A stretch of DNA of 64,000 bases from Lama guanicoe. Lineage: Eukaryota. Of this stretch, positions 49,691 to 63,436 are shown in pieces. Positions within the stretch are counted from its first letter, which is position 1, and each line of letters begins with the position of its first letter. The stretch covers positions 62,001 through 126,000 of the forward strand of contig MU053304.1 in NCBI GenBank assembly GCA_013239625.1, written 5' to 3'. The notes beneath the pieces are model-generated. The model saw nothing but the letters and a program-made list of their open reading frames with translations, was not told the DNA's origin and did not search any database. The position numbers were made by a program, and so were the translations under genes.

Positions 49691-52249
49691 TGCCACATTC
49701 ACTTTCTCATGTCAGCTCCTTCATTCTGCAAACCACGGTTCTACTAATGCAGTCAAAGGTGATACTGGACTGAAAACAATGAGACTGAAGAAGACCAGGA
49801 TCTCTCAGGAATGGCACCGTCAGGCAAATAAACTTAATCAATCCTTCAGTGAAGTGATATGTTTGGTAAACAAAGGTAGACGAAGAAAAGAAGCATAACC
49901 TACTAGACACATGGACATTCAACAGATGCTGGATTTCTTGTCCCACACACTGGTTTCCATCCAGTCCACACGATGGGAACATGCTGCTCTTGCCCAGATC
50001 ACCCTCCTGACTCTGTGGCCAGTCTTCCCAACAACATGAGTCTTAAGAGAGAGAGAAAACAGTGTTCTGCAAGCTCAGTCAGGGTAATCTAACCAACAGG
50101 ACTGAAAGGGACTTTCTGCTGTCCAGACATCCCCAGTAGTGAGAGGGCCTCACACAGGCCAGCACATCCAGCCGGGATGCAGGCCTTGGCCTTAGTTTAG
50201 TCCCACTGAATGTTAGAGACAGACTCCATAGCTGAGAAACAATTAGGCTTGGATCACCTTGTGGCCATACAATAAATTCCATCTCTTAGTTGGGGTAAGC
50301 AAATTCCCTCTGACTTTGGTGGAAACTGATTGGGTTGCTAGGTAAGAAGGACAACTCAACCTCTGACGTCTTCCAGTTCTGTGTGGTATTGGGTTATGTA
50401 ATCAAACACCAAAGTTGACCACTGGTACAGCAAGCCATGGCAGTAGTCCATGGCCATGATGTGGTGATGGTTTGAGAACATTTCATAAGCTTAAAAGGAG
50501 TCAGTGTAAAAAATTCTGGGACAAGTAAATCTGAGTGCAATGGAAAGTCCCATGCATGAGGAGGGGGTTGTACAAGACGATTTCTTAGGTCCTCTGGAAG
50601 GCCAGGATTTGAAGACTTTGTGGATTGTCTTTTGTATTTTCTATTCACCATCCGGAAAAGGGTTAATGAACAGTGTTGGCTGCAAACTCCTCAACTGGTG
50701 AGCTCACCTTCTGGAACTAAGCAGCTTAGAGAACCTTTTTCCTTCATTATTACAAAGGGCTCTATCAATCTGCAAGTACTCAACTAAACTGCCCACACAG
50801 CAATTTTTGTCATGTTCAATCTAACTCTCAGGAATCTAAGTTTAAATTTATATGAACAGCATGGAAGAGGAACACCCAGGTAGTAAATTCCGCTTTTCCC
50901 CTTCCAAATGATTTGAGCAATGGCCTCCTTCATTAACAGGAAAGAGAATGAGGGGCTGAACATGTGAGGCTGGCACGCCCAGGGTCTGGGAATTTCCAGG
51001 CGTTTCAGGAGTGGGGAAAGCCCAGGTCAGCTGGTCAGGCCTGGGACAGAGAGCTGAGCACAGGCTCACGAGAAGCTCTGAGAGTAGGAGGGCAGGCATT
51101 TGGTCCTTTCTCGCTGCCAAAAAAGAGTGGAGTCAGAAGGGCCAAGGAGGACCCTTAAAGGTAGTTATGAAGTTAGCAGGTCCATATAATAAAAGCTGGG
51201 AGTCGGGGTGGGGTGGGTGCGGTGTGAATGGGGCGGATTGGCCTTGGTTTCAGGGTTGCCGGGGCTGGGAGAGGGGAACAAGGGGGTTCATTATACTGTT
51301 CTGTCTACTTTCGTGCATATTCAACATTCTCTCTCCAAAAATTAAAAAAAAAAAGTTTGTAGGGACTGAAGCCAAGGGAAGAAAAGTTTAAAAAGGAAAA
51401 ATCCAGTTAGTAAAACTAGCTACAAGTTTCAAAAGAAAGACAAGCCAACAGAGGCAGGAGAGGGTCACGGCTTAGAAAGAGCAGAATGATAACATCCCCA
51501 GTGATGATCTCGGAGGCTGACGATATGGGGGCTGTTTTTTTCTGCAGCATACACATTTGTAATGTTTCCAGCTTTCAAAGACTGGAAAAGGGATAAAGAT
51601 AAAAAGCATAACATAAAAAATGTAAACCTTGCTTAAAAATGTCTAGAAAGAAATACATCAAGATGGTAATAATGATCTTCTCTGAGCAATAAGATTATGA
51701 CTTTTTCTGGCTCTATGTAAATTTTAATTTTTATATCTTACCTGTTTTACAGTTTTTTTTAAAATAAAGACACACTAACAAAATGCTGTGTTCCCCCCCA
51801 GCCACACCCCTTATCTCTGATTCCCCATCACACGGCAAGAGAAAAGCACCACTGGCAATCCTGGGCAGGAGGCAGCAAGAGTGGATGGCAGCTCACTGGA
51901 CAACTCTCCTGGAGGATAATGGCAACTAAAGCACTGTGCAGGAAAGTTCTATGAAGGTGAGCTCAGTAAATAAAGTAGCAGGAACTAGGAATACCCCTGC
52001 TGAAAGGAAACAACTATTTCCATGCCAAAAATCTGACTCCAGTTTGTAACAGCCTGAGGCTTTTGCCACTACTTAAGAAATTCATTGTGTATGCCTAGAA
52101 TTAGGAACCTATTGCTTATACCTGCAGGAGTGCTGGGATGTTTGTATAATCCCAGCAGACCGGTTTCCCAAAGACATGTTTGAAAATGAAATTTCAGCAT
52201 GTTTTGCACTCATTTGTGGATTTTTCTATTTTAAAAAAGCTTCTATATT

Positions 52250-54495
52250 TCTCCACGTGTAAGTCTTTAGCCTCCTTGGTCAGGTTGATTCCTAAATATT
52301 TAACTTTTTTTTTTGGATGTGATTTGAAAAGGAATTGTTTGTTTACTTTCTTTTTCTGACACTTCATTATTAGTGTAAAGAAATGCAACTGATTTCTGTA
52401 TGTTAATCTTGTATCCTGCTACCTCGCTGAATTCTTTTATCAGCTCTAGTAGTTTTTGTGTGGAGTCTTCAGGGTTTTCTCTGTATAGTTTCATGTCATC
52501 TGCATAAAGTGACAATTTTACCTCTCCTCTTCCAATTTGGATTCCTTTTATTTCTTTTTCTTGTCTGATTGCTATGGCGAGGACGTCCAATACTTTGCTG
52601 AATAGAAGTGGTTGAGAGTGGGAATCCTTGTCTTGTCCTAGATTTTAGCAGGAAGTCTTTCAACTTTATACGTGGAGACATATACGTGGAGAACTACAAA
52701 ACATTGATTAAGGAAATTAAAGATAATTTAAAGAAGTGGAAAGATATCCCATGAGCTTGGATTAGAAGAATTAATATTGTTAAAATGGCCATACTACCCA
52801 AAGAAATCTACAGACTTAATGTGATCCCCATCAAACTAAATTACCCAGGATGTTTTTCACAGAATTAGAACAAATATAAAATTTATAGGGAATCACAAAA
52901 GACCCAGAATTGCCAAAGCAATACTGAAGAAAAAGAGCAAAGCAGGAGGAATAACCCTCCCAGACTTCAGACAATACTACAGAGCTATAGTAATCAAAAC
53001 AGCATGGTATTGGCACAAAGACAGACATACAGATCAATGGAACAGAACAGAGAGCCCAGAAATGAACCCACAAAGTTTTGGTCAACTAATCTTCGACAAA
53101 GGAGATAAAAATATACAATGGAGAAAAGACAGTCTCTTCAGCAAGTGGTGTTGGGAAAACTGGACAGCTGCTTGCAAATCAATAAAGTTAGAACACTCCC
53201 TCACACCACACACAAAAATAAACTCAAAATGGCTCAGAGACTTGAATATAAGACAAGACACTATAAATCTCCTAGAAGAAAACGTAGGGAAAACATTTTC
53301 TGACAAAAATCTTGGCAATGTTCTCCTGGGGCAGTCTACCCAGGCAATAGAAACAAAAGCAAAAATTAACAAATGGGACCTAATTAAACTTACAAGCTTC
53401 TGCACAGCAAAGGAAACCATAAACAAAACAAAAAGACAACCTACGGAATGGGAGAAAATATTTGCAAGTGATGTGATTGACAAGGGCTTAATTTCCAGAA
53501 TATATAAACAGCTTATACAACTTAATAACAACAACAACAACAACAACAACAAAAAAAACAAACCAATCTAAAAATGGACAGACGACATAAATAAGCAATT
53601 CTCCAATGAAGACATACAAATGGCCAACAGGCACATGAAAAAATGCTCAATATTGCTAATTATCAGAGAAATGCAAATCAAAACTACAAGGTATCACCTC
53701 ACATCAGTCAGAATGGCCATCATTAAAAAGTCCACAAACAATAAATGCCCAAGAGGGTGTGGAGAAAAGGGAACCTTCCTATGTTGTTGGTGGGAATGTA
53801 GTTTGGTACAGCCATTATGGAAAATAGTATGGAGATTCCTCAAAAAACTGAAAATAGACTAACCATATGATCCAGCAGTTCCACTCCTGGGCATAAATCT
53901 GGAGGGACCTTTAATTTGAAAAGATAAGTCCACCCCAATGTTCATAGCAGTACTATCTACAATAGCCAAGATATGAAAAACCACCTAAATGTCCAGCAAT
54001 AGATGACTGGATAAAGAAGTTGTGGTGTATGTATACAATGAAATACTACTCAGTCATACAAAAGAATAAAATAATGCCATTTGCAGTAACAAGAATGGAT
54101 CTGGAGATCATCATTCTAAGTGAAGTAAGCCAGAAAGAGAAAGAAAAACACCATACGATATTGCTTATGTGTGGAATCTAAAAAGAAGAAGACACAAATG
54201 AAATTATTTACAAAACAGAAACAGACTTACAGAGAAAACAAACTTATGGTTATCAGAGGAAAGAGGGTAGGAAGGGATAAATTGGGAGTTAGAGATTTTT
54301 AGATGCTAACTACTGTACGTGGGATAGATAAACATGTTTATACTGAATAGCACAGGGAACTATATTCAATACGTTATAGTAACCTATAATGAAAAAGAAT
54401 ATGAAAAGGAATATATGTATGTATAGTATGACTGAAACATTATGCTGTACACCAGAAACTGACACGACTGTATACTTCAATATAACAAAATGGGG
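52250..54495 (+). mobile_element. 5'-inverted L1 'A': antisense ORF2 RT segment 52250-52666, sense ORF2 C-terminus and 3'UTR 52667-54495
   Basis: Minus ORF contains SLYADDM (RT catalytic motif); plus ORFs read [27 protein letters not shown]. Decayed TSD aaaaaagcttctatatt (52233-52249) / aaaaaagcccctctatt (54496-54512). Confidence 0.9.
53527..53550. repeat. (AAC)8 microsatellite within L1 ORF2
   Basis: Read directly. Confidence 0.95.
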
Positions 54496-54648
54496 AAAAA
54501 AGCCCCTCTATTAACAAAACATGATTACCAGTCTCTTAAAAGCCAAGTTTAAAAGAGATGTTCAATTTTCAGCACGTTTTAAATATAAACATCTATGTGC
54601 ATTTCAATGCCTAATCACAAAACGTTAACTGTTATCAACAATTGCTTA

Positions 54649-56124
54649 TATATTCTGGAGATCAAGCCTTTGTCAGTTTCATCTTTTGCAAAACTTTTCT
54701 CCCATTCTGTAGGTTGTCATTTTGTTTTGTTTATGGTTTCCTTTGCTGTGCAGAAGCTTCTATGTTTCATTAGGTCCCATTTGTTTATTCTTGCTTTTAT
54801 TTTTATTGCTTGGGTAGACAGCCCTAGGAGAACATTTTTGAAATGTATGTGAGATAATGTTTTGCCTATGTTTTCTTCTAGGAGGTTCATTGTATCCTGT
54901 CTTATGTTTACGTCTTTGATCCATTTTGAGTTTATTTTTGTGTATGGTGTAAGGGAGTGTTCTAGCTTCATTGATTTACATTCTTCTGTCCAGTTTTCCC
55001 CAACACCATTTGCTGAAGAGACTGTCTTTATTCCATTGTATATTCTTGTCTTCTTTGTCGAAGATTAGTTGACCAAAACTTTGTGGGTTCATTTCTGGGC
55101 TCTCTATTCTGTTCCATTGGTCTATATGTCTGTTTTTGTACCAATACCATGCTCCAGAATATATGAGCAGCTTATACGACTTAATAAGAAGAAAACAAAC
55201 AACCCAATCCAAAAATGGGCAGAAGACCTAAACAAGCAATTCTCCAAGGAAGAAATACAAATGATCAATAGGCACATGAAAAAATTCTCAATATCACCAA
55301 TTACCAGAGAAATGCAAATCAAAACTACAGTGAGGTATCACCTCACACCAGCCAGAATGGCCATCATTCAGAAGTCCACAAATGACAAATGCTGGAGAGG
55401 CTGTGGAGAAAAGGGAACCCTCCTACACTGCTGGTGGGAATGCAGNNNNNNNNNNNNNNNNNNNNNNNNNNNNNAAGACTAGTACTTACCATATGATCCA
55501 GTCATCCCACTCCTGGGCATATATCCAGAAGGAACCCTACTTCAAAAAGACACCTGCACCCCAATGTTCATAGCAGCACTATTTACAATAGCCAAGACAT
55601 GGAAACAGCATAAATGTCCATTGATAGATGATTGGATAAAGAAGACACGGTGTAGTTATACAGTGGAATACTATTCAGCCATAAAATGACAATATAACAC
55701 CATTTGCAGCAACATGGATGTTACTGGAGAATGTCATTCTAAGTGAAGTAAGCCAGAAAGAGAAAGATAAATACCATATGAGATCGCTCATATGTGGAAT
55801 CTTAAAAAAAAAAAAAGAACATAAATACAAAACAGAAACAGACTCATAGACATTGAATACAAACTTGTTGCCAAGGGGGAGGAGGGTGGGAAGGGACAGA
55901 CTGGGAGTTCGAAATTTGTAGATACTGACAGGTGTATATAGAATAGATAAACAAGATTATACTGTATAGCACAGGGAAATATATACAAGATCTTGTGGTA
56001 GCTCACAGTGAAAAAGAATATGATGATGAATATATGTATGTTCATGTACAACTGAAAAATCTGCTCTACACTGGAAATTGACACAACATTGTAAACTGAC
56101 TATAACTCAATAAAAATAGTTACA
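54649..56124 (+). mobile_element. 5'-inverted L1 'B': antisense segment 54649-55153, sense segment 55152-56124
   Basis: ORF2 peptides switch strand at ...accatgct|ccagaatata. TSD aacaattgctta (54637-54648) / aaaaattgctta (56125-56136). Confidence 0.9.
55446..55474. other. Assembly gap (29 N)
   Basis: Run of N inside L1 'B'. Confidence 1.
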
Positions 56125-57549
56125 AAAAATTGCTTAATTCAATCCTAACCTTCCTTTCAGCTGAAATTAAAGCAACTTTCATATTCACCTTGACAAAACC
56201 CCTTAGTAGCGTTTCTCTCACTCTGGGGAAGCCTTTTTTGGTCTGTTATTTTCATCATACAAAATCAGCTCTTCAATTACTCGTTTTCATTAATTAATTT
56301 CTTTGCATTAAGTAGAAACTGTTTTTTAATTCCCCAAGGCTTCACAAAAATTAACAAAAAATTATATTCATAATTTATGTATGCTTATGATATGAATCCA
56401 CCGTACTGGTTATCCCACAACAATAGCACATCAACTGCTTGCTTTTTAGAGCACTTCATTTGTATTAATTCATTTGGTTCTCCCAATGCCATGAGATAGA
56501 TTTCTTTCTACAGATGAGGAAACTGAGCCCCAGGCAAGTCAGACTCCCAGAAACTAAGCTCTTCATCCTTACTTTATGGGATTTGCCCCTCAGAATCAGA
56601 TAACTAACACAAATGCTTCTTTCTCAACTCCTGGAGTTTAAAAGCACTCTCAATGCAACAGTTAAAAATGATTATACATTAACTTTGCAAGAACACACAT
56701 TTTAAGATCACTAAGTAGAATAAAGTATCATTCTCAGCATGACTAAATGTGACTCCTTTATGGGGACAATAACACACTTATTGAAATAAAAATCCTGTCA
56801 TGCACTCCTGTAACCAATGATCACTTATTATTTTTGAATTATCCATATACCAACTGTGGTTATAACTTAAGTTTTCCAGGTTATTCATAAACTCAGTTTT
56901 CATATAAAGTATTCTGGACTGCTAAATTTTCTAGGTAACTGAGTGTCAACCCTTTAATCATCAATTGTTTATAGTTTTAGTACTTCTGGATGGAAATCCT
57001 CTATAAATAAATGTATTGTATATTTCCTTTTCTTAATAGCAGAATATAATTCAATATTAATAACTTAGGGTCATTAAAATGAACATTTCTTCCACATTTT
57101 GCAATAGTTGCTGGTGTGGTTACAATAGGGCAAAGGTGTCCTGTCCTCAGGATATACTCTCAAATTTACTTATCACCTCCATCATTAAAATGAAGTAAAG
57201 ACTCTTTAGATGCAAAACTTTCTGGCTAATTATAACAACAGTTATTACTGATTGGACCAGGCAAATGGAAGATACTCAAATATTTCTTGATTAAATGAAT
57301 CATCTTCACAAAAGTTTTATGGGGTAGATACTATTAATATTCATATTTTACAGATGAAGACATACAGGCACAGAGAGGTTAGATGATCTGCCCAATGTCA
57401 CACACTTAACAAACATCAGAGCCAGGACTCAGAACACTGTTGGACTGTAGTATTAGTGTTCTTAACTATCATACTACAGGGCCACAGGGGACAGCCTTTT
57501 CCTAAGGGGTTTTAATCATTCTACAGTATCCCTAGTCTTTTGGTGTCAT

Positions 57550-59200
57550 AGCAGCTTTATCAAGATTTCATTCATATACAAATCACTCATTCAAAGTGCA
57601 AAATTCAATGTTTTTTAGTATATTCAGAGTTGTGCAACCATCACCATAATCAATTTTAGAACATTTCAACACCCCCAAAAGAAAATCCATCTGTTTTCAG
57701 TCACTTTCTATTTCTCCCCAACCTTCCTAACCATAGGCAACTTCTAATCTACTTTCTGTCTCTGTAAATGTCTATCCTGGACATCTCATATAAACGGAAT
57801 CTTACAATATGTGCACAGTCTTTTGTGACTGTCTTTCACCTAGCATGTTTTCCAGGTTCATTTGTGTTGTAGCCAGCATTAGTACTTCATTTCTTTTCAT
57901 GGCTGAATAATATTCTGTTGTGTGCATATACCACATTTATTTAACTATTCGTTAGTAGACAGACATTTGGGTTGTTTTCATTTTTTGTGTGCTCCTTTAC
58001 TCTTTAAAATAAACTTTTTATTGAGGCATAAAATACATATGTATGCTCAAGGTTTATATAGTGAATACATTTTTACGAAGTGAATACATTTAGGTAATCA
58101 CCTGCCAGTTCAAGAAATAGGATATAACCAGAATTCCAGAAGTTCCTCCTGTGCCGTCTCAGTCTGTAGCTACCAAAGATAACTGCTTTCCTGACCTCTG
58201 TAAATTATAATCATAGACCAGTTTGCCTGTCTTTGCATTTTACATAAATGGATTTGTACAGTATGTATTTTATGTGCGTATAACTGGCTTTATTTGCTGA
58301 ACATGCTTTTGAGACACCATGTTGTGTTTTGAATTTATTCTGTACCATTGCTGTGGAGTGTTCCACTGTAAGAGTATATCACAGTTTATCCATTTTATGT
58401 TGATAAGAGACTTGGGTTATTTTTAGTATTTTGCTCTTATGAATAATGCTGCCATGAGCATTCTTGTACATATGTACTCCTTTCTATTGGGTATCTATCA
58501 AAGAGGAAACTGCTGGGTTTTGGAGAATGAATATGTTCAGCTCTATTATACACTATACAATAGTTTTTCAAAGTGGTTGTACCTAATTTTTCTCCTACTC
58601 GGTGTAAGGAAGTTCTAATTGTTCCACAACTCTACTATATTTGGTACTGTCAGCTTTAAGAAAAACTAGCTATTCTTGTAGGAACATAGTACTATCTTAT
58701 TGTGGTTTTAATTTCCTTTGCTGGATATATATATATAGAATATATATCGTTTCATATATATATATATATATATATGAAACAAATATTTTCTCCTACTCTG
58801 TGACTTGCCTTTTCATTATCTTAATGGTGTTTTTTGATGAAAAGTTCTTAAATTTAATGAAATCTAATTTATCACTCTCTTCCTTTAAGGTTAATGATTT
58901 TTGTGTTCTACTTAAGAAACTATTGCTAAGGTCATGAGGCTATTTTTCTGTTATTTTCCAGAGAAGTGTTAATACTTCTAGAAGTATTAATGTTTTACCT
59001 TTCACACCTAGCTCTATGAGCCACATGAAGTTGATTTTTATGTACAGCGTGAATCAAAGTCAAAATTCATTTTTTCCCCATATGGATATTCAATGGATCC
59101 AGTACCTTTTAGTGATAAAACCATCCTTTCCTCACTACAATGCAGTGACACCTTTGTCAGAAACCAGGTGATTATATATCTGTGGGTCTGAATTCTCCAT
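57550..59200 (-). mobile_element. Stacked old L1MB/ME-like 3' fragments
   Basis: Antisense L1 tails restart at ~57550 and ~58010 (ttttagtatattcagagttgtgcaaccatcacca; tttttattgaggcataaaatacata). Confidence 0.7.
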
Positions 59201-62200
59201 GCTGTCCCCACCTTGACTTCTGAACAGTAACTGAATATTTATTATTTCAGCATAAGCTTACTAAAATTCCAGGTCAATTTTAGTCTTTCTATTTTTATAT
59301 TAATAATAATTTTCAGTGAGTACTTACTTTTTGTCTGGCACAGTTCTAAGTACTAGGAATTATCTATTTAATCTTCCAGGCAATTTTAAATTAGACATTA
59401 TCATCCCTGTTTTACAGACTGGGAAATGTGAGGCATGAAGAGGTTAATTCTTACCCTTAGAATATGGACTGTGCCCTTATTTTGTTGTCATACTCTCTAC
59501 TTTTGTGGAAAAGCATCAGTAGCACATGCAACTTTAGGCAGTTATTGCTAGTATCTTTACAGCTAGGTTGTGTTTTTGCAACAACAGGCACAAGTGGAGA
59601 TTTGCTCCTTAATACTCAGTATTTTGGAAATGCAAGACCCTGGAGAAATTTTCCAGTTCAAACACCCATATAGCTGGGGGAAGAGATTTTCAGAGAAATC
59701 ACAGACATGCCCAAACTCACATGATGCAGTAGAGGCAAAGATGAGATAAGAACCTAGTTCTGCTCCTATTCCAGTGCTCTTTCTGGGATCACAACTGCCT
59801 CTCACCATGCAATGACTGTGCTGGATCACTGAGACTTTTTAGCTGGCTTCCAGGTTTACCTTGGTGCCAGACAGTTGAGGATGCCTGAGTGGTGGGTGCC
59901 AGATTATCTTGGCTTTAATGAGCAAGGAAACTGGAACCAATCAGCAGAGCTGGAAGCAGATGAACAGGCCACAGTCCAAATTTGGTTTAACAAGGTGCAC
60001 TGAGACATCCATGAAAAAAGAGAATTTCCAAAGCCCAGACCCCACAGGAATCAGGCTAGCAAGATTTGAATGGAACATAGGAGTAAGACTTAGAGGGGTG
60101 GAGCTGTCTCTCCACTTAATCTTTCCACTTCGATTCTGTGTCCTCAAAACAGGAACTCATTGGCAAGCATCCCAGAAGCCCACTTTCATGCCAGAGGCTT
60201 TGCATGACTATTCAGCTACTTGGATTTTTTGAGTCAAGGTACGATTCAGTAAAAAATGACCATACAATAAGGACAGTTAAAATTGTTCACTCACCAATGC
60301 CACAGATGAATGGAGACGACATGCACTTCCTTATGAGCTGACAGTTCTACAGAATTTTCCATTTCCCTTCCCATTATCAGGGGCCATACTATGAAAATAG
60401 GATTTGTTTGAAATCAGATACTTGGGTTGCCTGATACTTGCCTGAGGTCAGAATGCCCTCTGACATAAGCAACTGCAAGAGGAAAGATCAGTGTTTCAAA
60501 ACCAGGCTTAGAAATGATTTCACATAGAAGAGGGGCGTAGGAGGACTAGCACTCGATACACTGGGCATCATAAAGATGTCAGAGACAAAATCCAGAAATG
60601 CATCCAAGTAGAAAACCGCCCTGAAGTGGAATTTTTCTTTTCCAAATCTTTGAAAGAGTTATCAGGGGTTCCTCTTACAAGGAACAGATTTTAAACATAA
60701 TTTTTGATTAAATTAAATGTTGTGCATAGATCTTATTTTTAAGCTACATGTGGCATGTGTTTCCCACAGCTAATAGATTAAATTTTTCTAGTTAAGTGGG
60801 AGTTGCTTCTTGTAGTAGTGTTCAATGCTGAGGAAGGACATCCGTTTGAGACATGGCATTTCAGGGTTCAGCTTGCTGAAGCGGATGAAACAGGGAGTAG
60901 CATAACTGATGGGCTAATGGAATAAGAGCGGCTGAATGGGGTTTAAACTTAAGTGCTGTGTCTGAGATGAAGTCAAAGTCCAAAAGGCCACAGAAGGCCA
61001 GAAACAGGAGAACAATTACACTGTCAGTAGCTAGAAAGCTGAGAAAGACAACTCAGAGTGAGAAGAATGGGTGGAAGGAATGGCCCAGTAGGAAGAGAGC
61101 AGGCATGAGCCAGGCTGCCATCTGAGGGCCTCGGGAGAATACACAGGAGTTGTGTCTGTCCCCTTGGGCCCTGCTGTGAGGCAGGACAGGGATGAAACTT
61201 CAGCAGGTCCACAGAGCAAAGGGCTGTGGTCCTCTCCCCACGGAGCTTGAAGTAAGACTGACTGTAAAGCCTATTTTCCTACCCAGTGACCTAAGTGACA
61301 GGAGCCAACGATTCAGTCTTTCTATCCCCTGGTCAGTGTGGGGTCCATGAGGGTGTGGGGTATAAGGTGGGCTCCAACTCGGGCTAAGGATTGCAAGTCA
61401 TGGTAGAATACCCCGTGCAAGGTTAGCAGTGGTGCAGAGCACCATGTGATGTAATGCTTTAAGTCACCTTGGGTGTGGATGCTGTGTATGTAGCAGGAGA
61501 CGAGCAGACTAGGTCTTCTGTCGACGTACAACCAAACGATCACTGGCTTCTGTAAGAATGCAGCAATCACGCTGCCGCTGCGCTGTACTGACAAGCAACT
61601 CTCGTTTGGAGGCCTGCAGGGCAAGGCACGGGCATGGTCTTCTCTAGAGGGAGGGAATGAACCTTCCTAATGTTACTCTTCCTGGGAAGGGGCAAGTCCT
61701 CAGAAAGGAAATGCAGAACGAAAGAAGCCGGCCCATGGCCTCTTTCTAGAACCTCTCGGGTCTTGACTTTTGAAGGACAGACGTTGAGGTGTGGGTACCT
61801 GGGTGATGCTCACAGTGTGGGGACAGGTGGGAACCTGAGGTGGGCCTGGATCCAGGAGCAGTGGAGAGTAAGACAATTCCTGATGCTTTGTTTTACTCTC
61901 TGTTGATCTTCCTTCTGCTTCTAACCCTCAGTAAACTCCTGTTCAAAAGTTCGAGTCTAGTCTCAGTTGTGCTTGAGATACTAAGCAAAGGATTATGGGC
62001 ACCATACTTGGACCAAAAGGGTAACAAGTCCTGTCAGTTCCAAGAGTCAGTGAGCAGAGGAAGTGGTGGTTAGTAAGGAGGAAGTGGATGTCCAAATGGA
62101 GAATATCCATGTGGTCCAGCTGTCTTCCCCATCTGGGAATCCTTCCTCTACTGCTAATCTTTGGTAATCTTTTTATTTGAGAGATCAGTTTCCTTTTTGA

Positions 62201-62499
62201 TGGTGTCCTTGCAGTAAACGCTTTCAAGCAATTCTTGGCTCTCTGGTGGGTAGCCTGTAGGTCAGCATGGATCATATTTCAGAGTTAGGTAGTTCTTGGA
62301 TGATGTGAGGAAAGTAGCTGTCTTAGACACCCTAAGTCCCATGGAAGGGAGCATTTTGTATTCTGTGTGGAAGACAATGACAGAGGTAAACTCTGCCATG
62401 AGGAAATACGTAACTCACTCAAACGTCAAGCATTAATAGGAAGCATAACATCAAGTATATTTTGATTTACACCATTCATCTGGTCACTGATCTGAGAGA

Positions 62500-63400
62500 G
62501 GGCAACAGAGGTATTTAAAATTTCCAAATGTACTGAATTTCTCTTAAGTTAAAAATGTTTCTGCACTTATTCTCACTTAACTGCATTGGGATCCAATAAC
62601 ATGATCTGTATGATACCAATGACTTTTTGAAATAAGCTCAATGGTTTAATACAGAGTCAGTTTTATAAATGTTTTCTCTGTGCTTGAGAACAATGTGTAA
62701 TCTGCATTTGTGGGTACTGTGTTTAGATGTGATTATTAGAGTAAGCTTGCTAACTGTGCTGTTCAAATTTTCTATATTTCACTGAATTTCTGGTCTTTTT
62801 GAACTATCATTTCCAGGAAAACTATACTAAATTAACCCACTTTGATGATGAATTTATCCATTTCTCCTTGTATTTCTGACAACTGTTATTCTATGTACTT
62901 TGAAGCTGTATTATTTGGTAATATATGTTTAGACATTATCTTCTCTGATGAATTGATCCCTGTAATCATAATTTAGACTCTTTTTACATTTAGTAATGTT
63001 TTTTCTATGCCTAGTCAGACATCAGTTAAAAAAAAATTAGCTTTCTTTTGCCTAGTACATTACCAGTATAGCTTTTCCTACCTTTTTACACTTAATATTT
63101 GTATCTTCATGTTTTAAGTGTGTGGTTATAAAAAGCATATAGCGATTTATTCAGTCTTTGCGTTTTAACTATAGAGTTAAATTTGGTGTGCTTATTAGTT
63201 TTTCTGGCATTTCAATATGTTCTTTTTATTTCTCTTGTCATGTTTTCTTTTAGATTGAGCTGTTTTTGTTTTTCTCATTCCATTTGCCTCTGTCTACTAA
63301 TTTGGAAGTAATTTACTGTATTTCTATTACTATTTAAAAGATATTTGAAATGTTTATGGAACATTAAAACTATAATTATAATATGTGTGATATAAAATAT
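62500..63400 (-). mobile_element. Old L1M relic (ORF2 5' region)
   Basis: gcttgagaacaatgtgtaatctgc, tttgaagctgtattatttgg and similar degenerate L1 motifs. Boundaries approximate. Confidence 0.6.
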
Positions 63401-63436
63401 CAAATAATATAGGAACTAAATACTAAAAAGCATATG

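Noticed and set aside
51198..51280. G-quadruplex-like G-runs (also 3365-3381 and 10452-10468)
   Set aside because: Common motifs, one of them a SINE head, with no supporting context.
52250..56124. Active L1, or one large L1 with internal duplication
   Set aside because: No 5'UTR or ORF1, ORF2 is broken by frameshifts and stops, and two separate TSD pairs and tails indicate two dead insertions.
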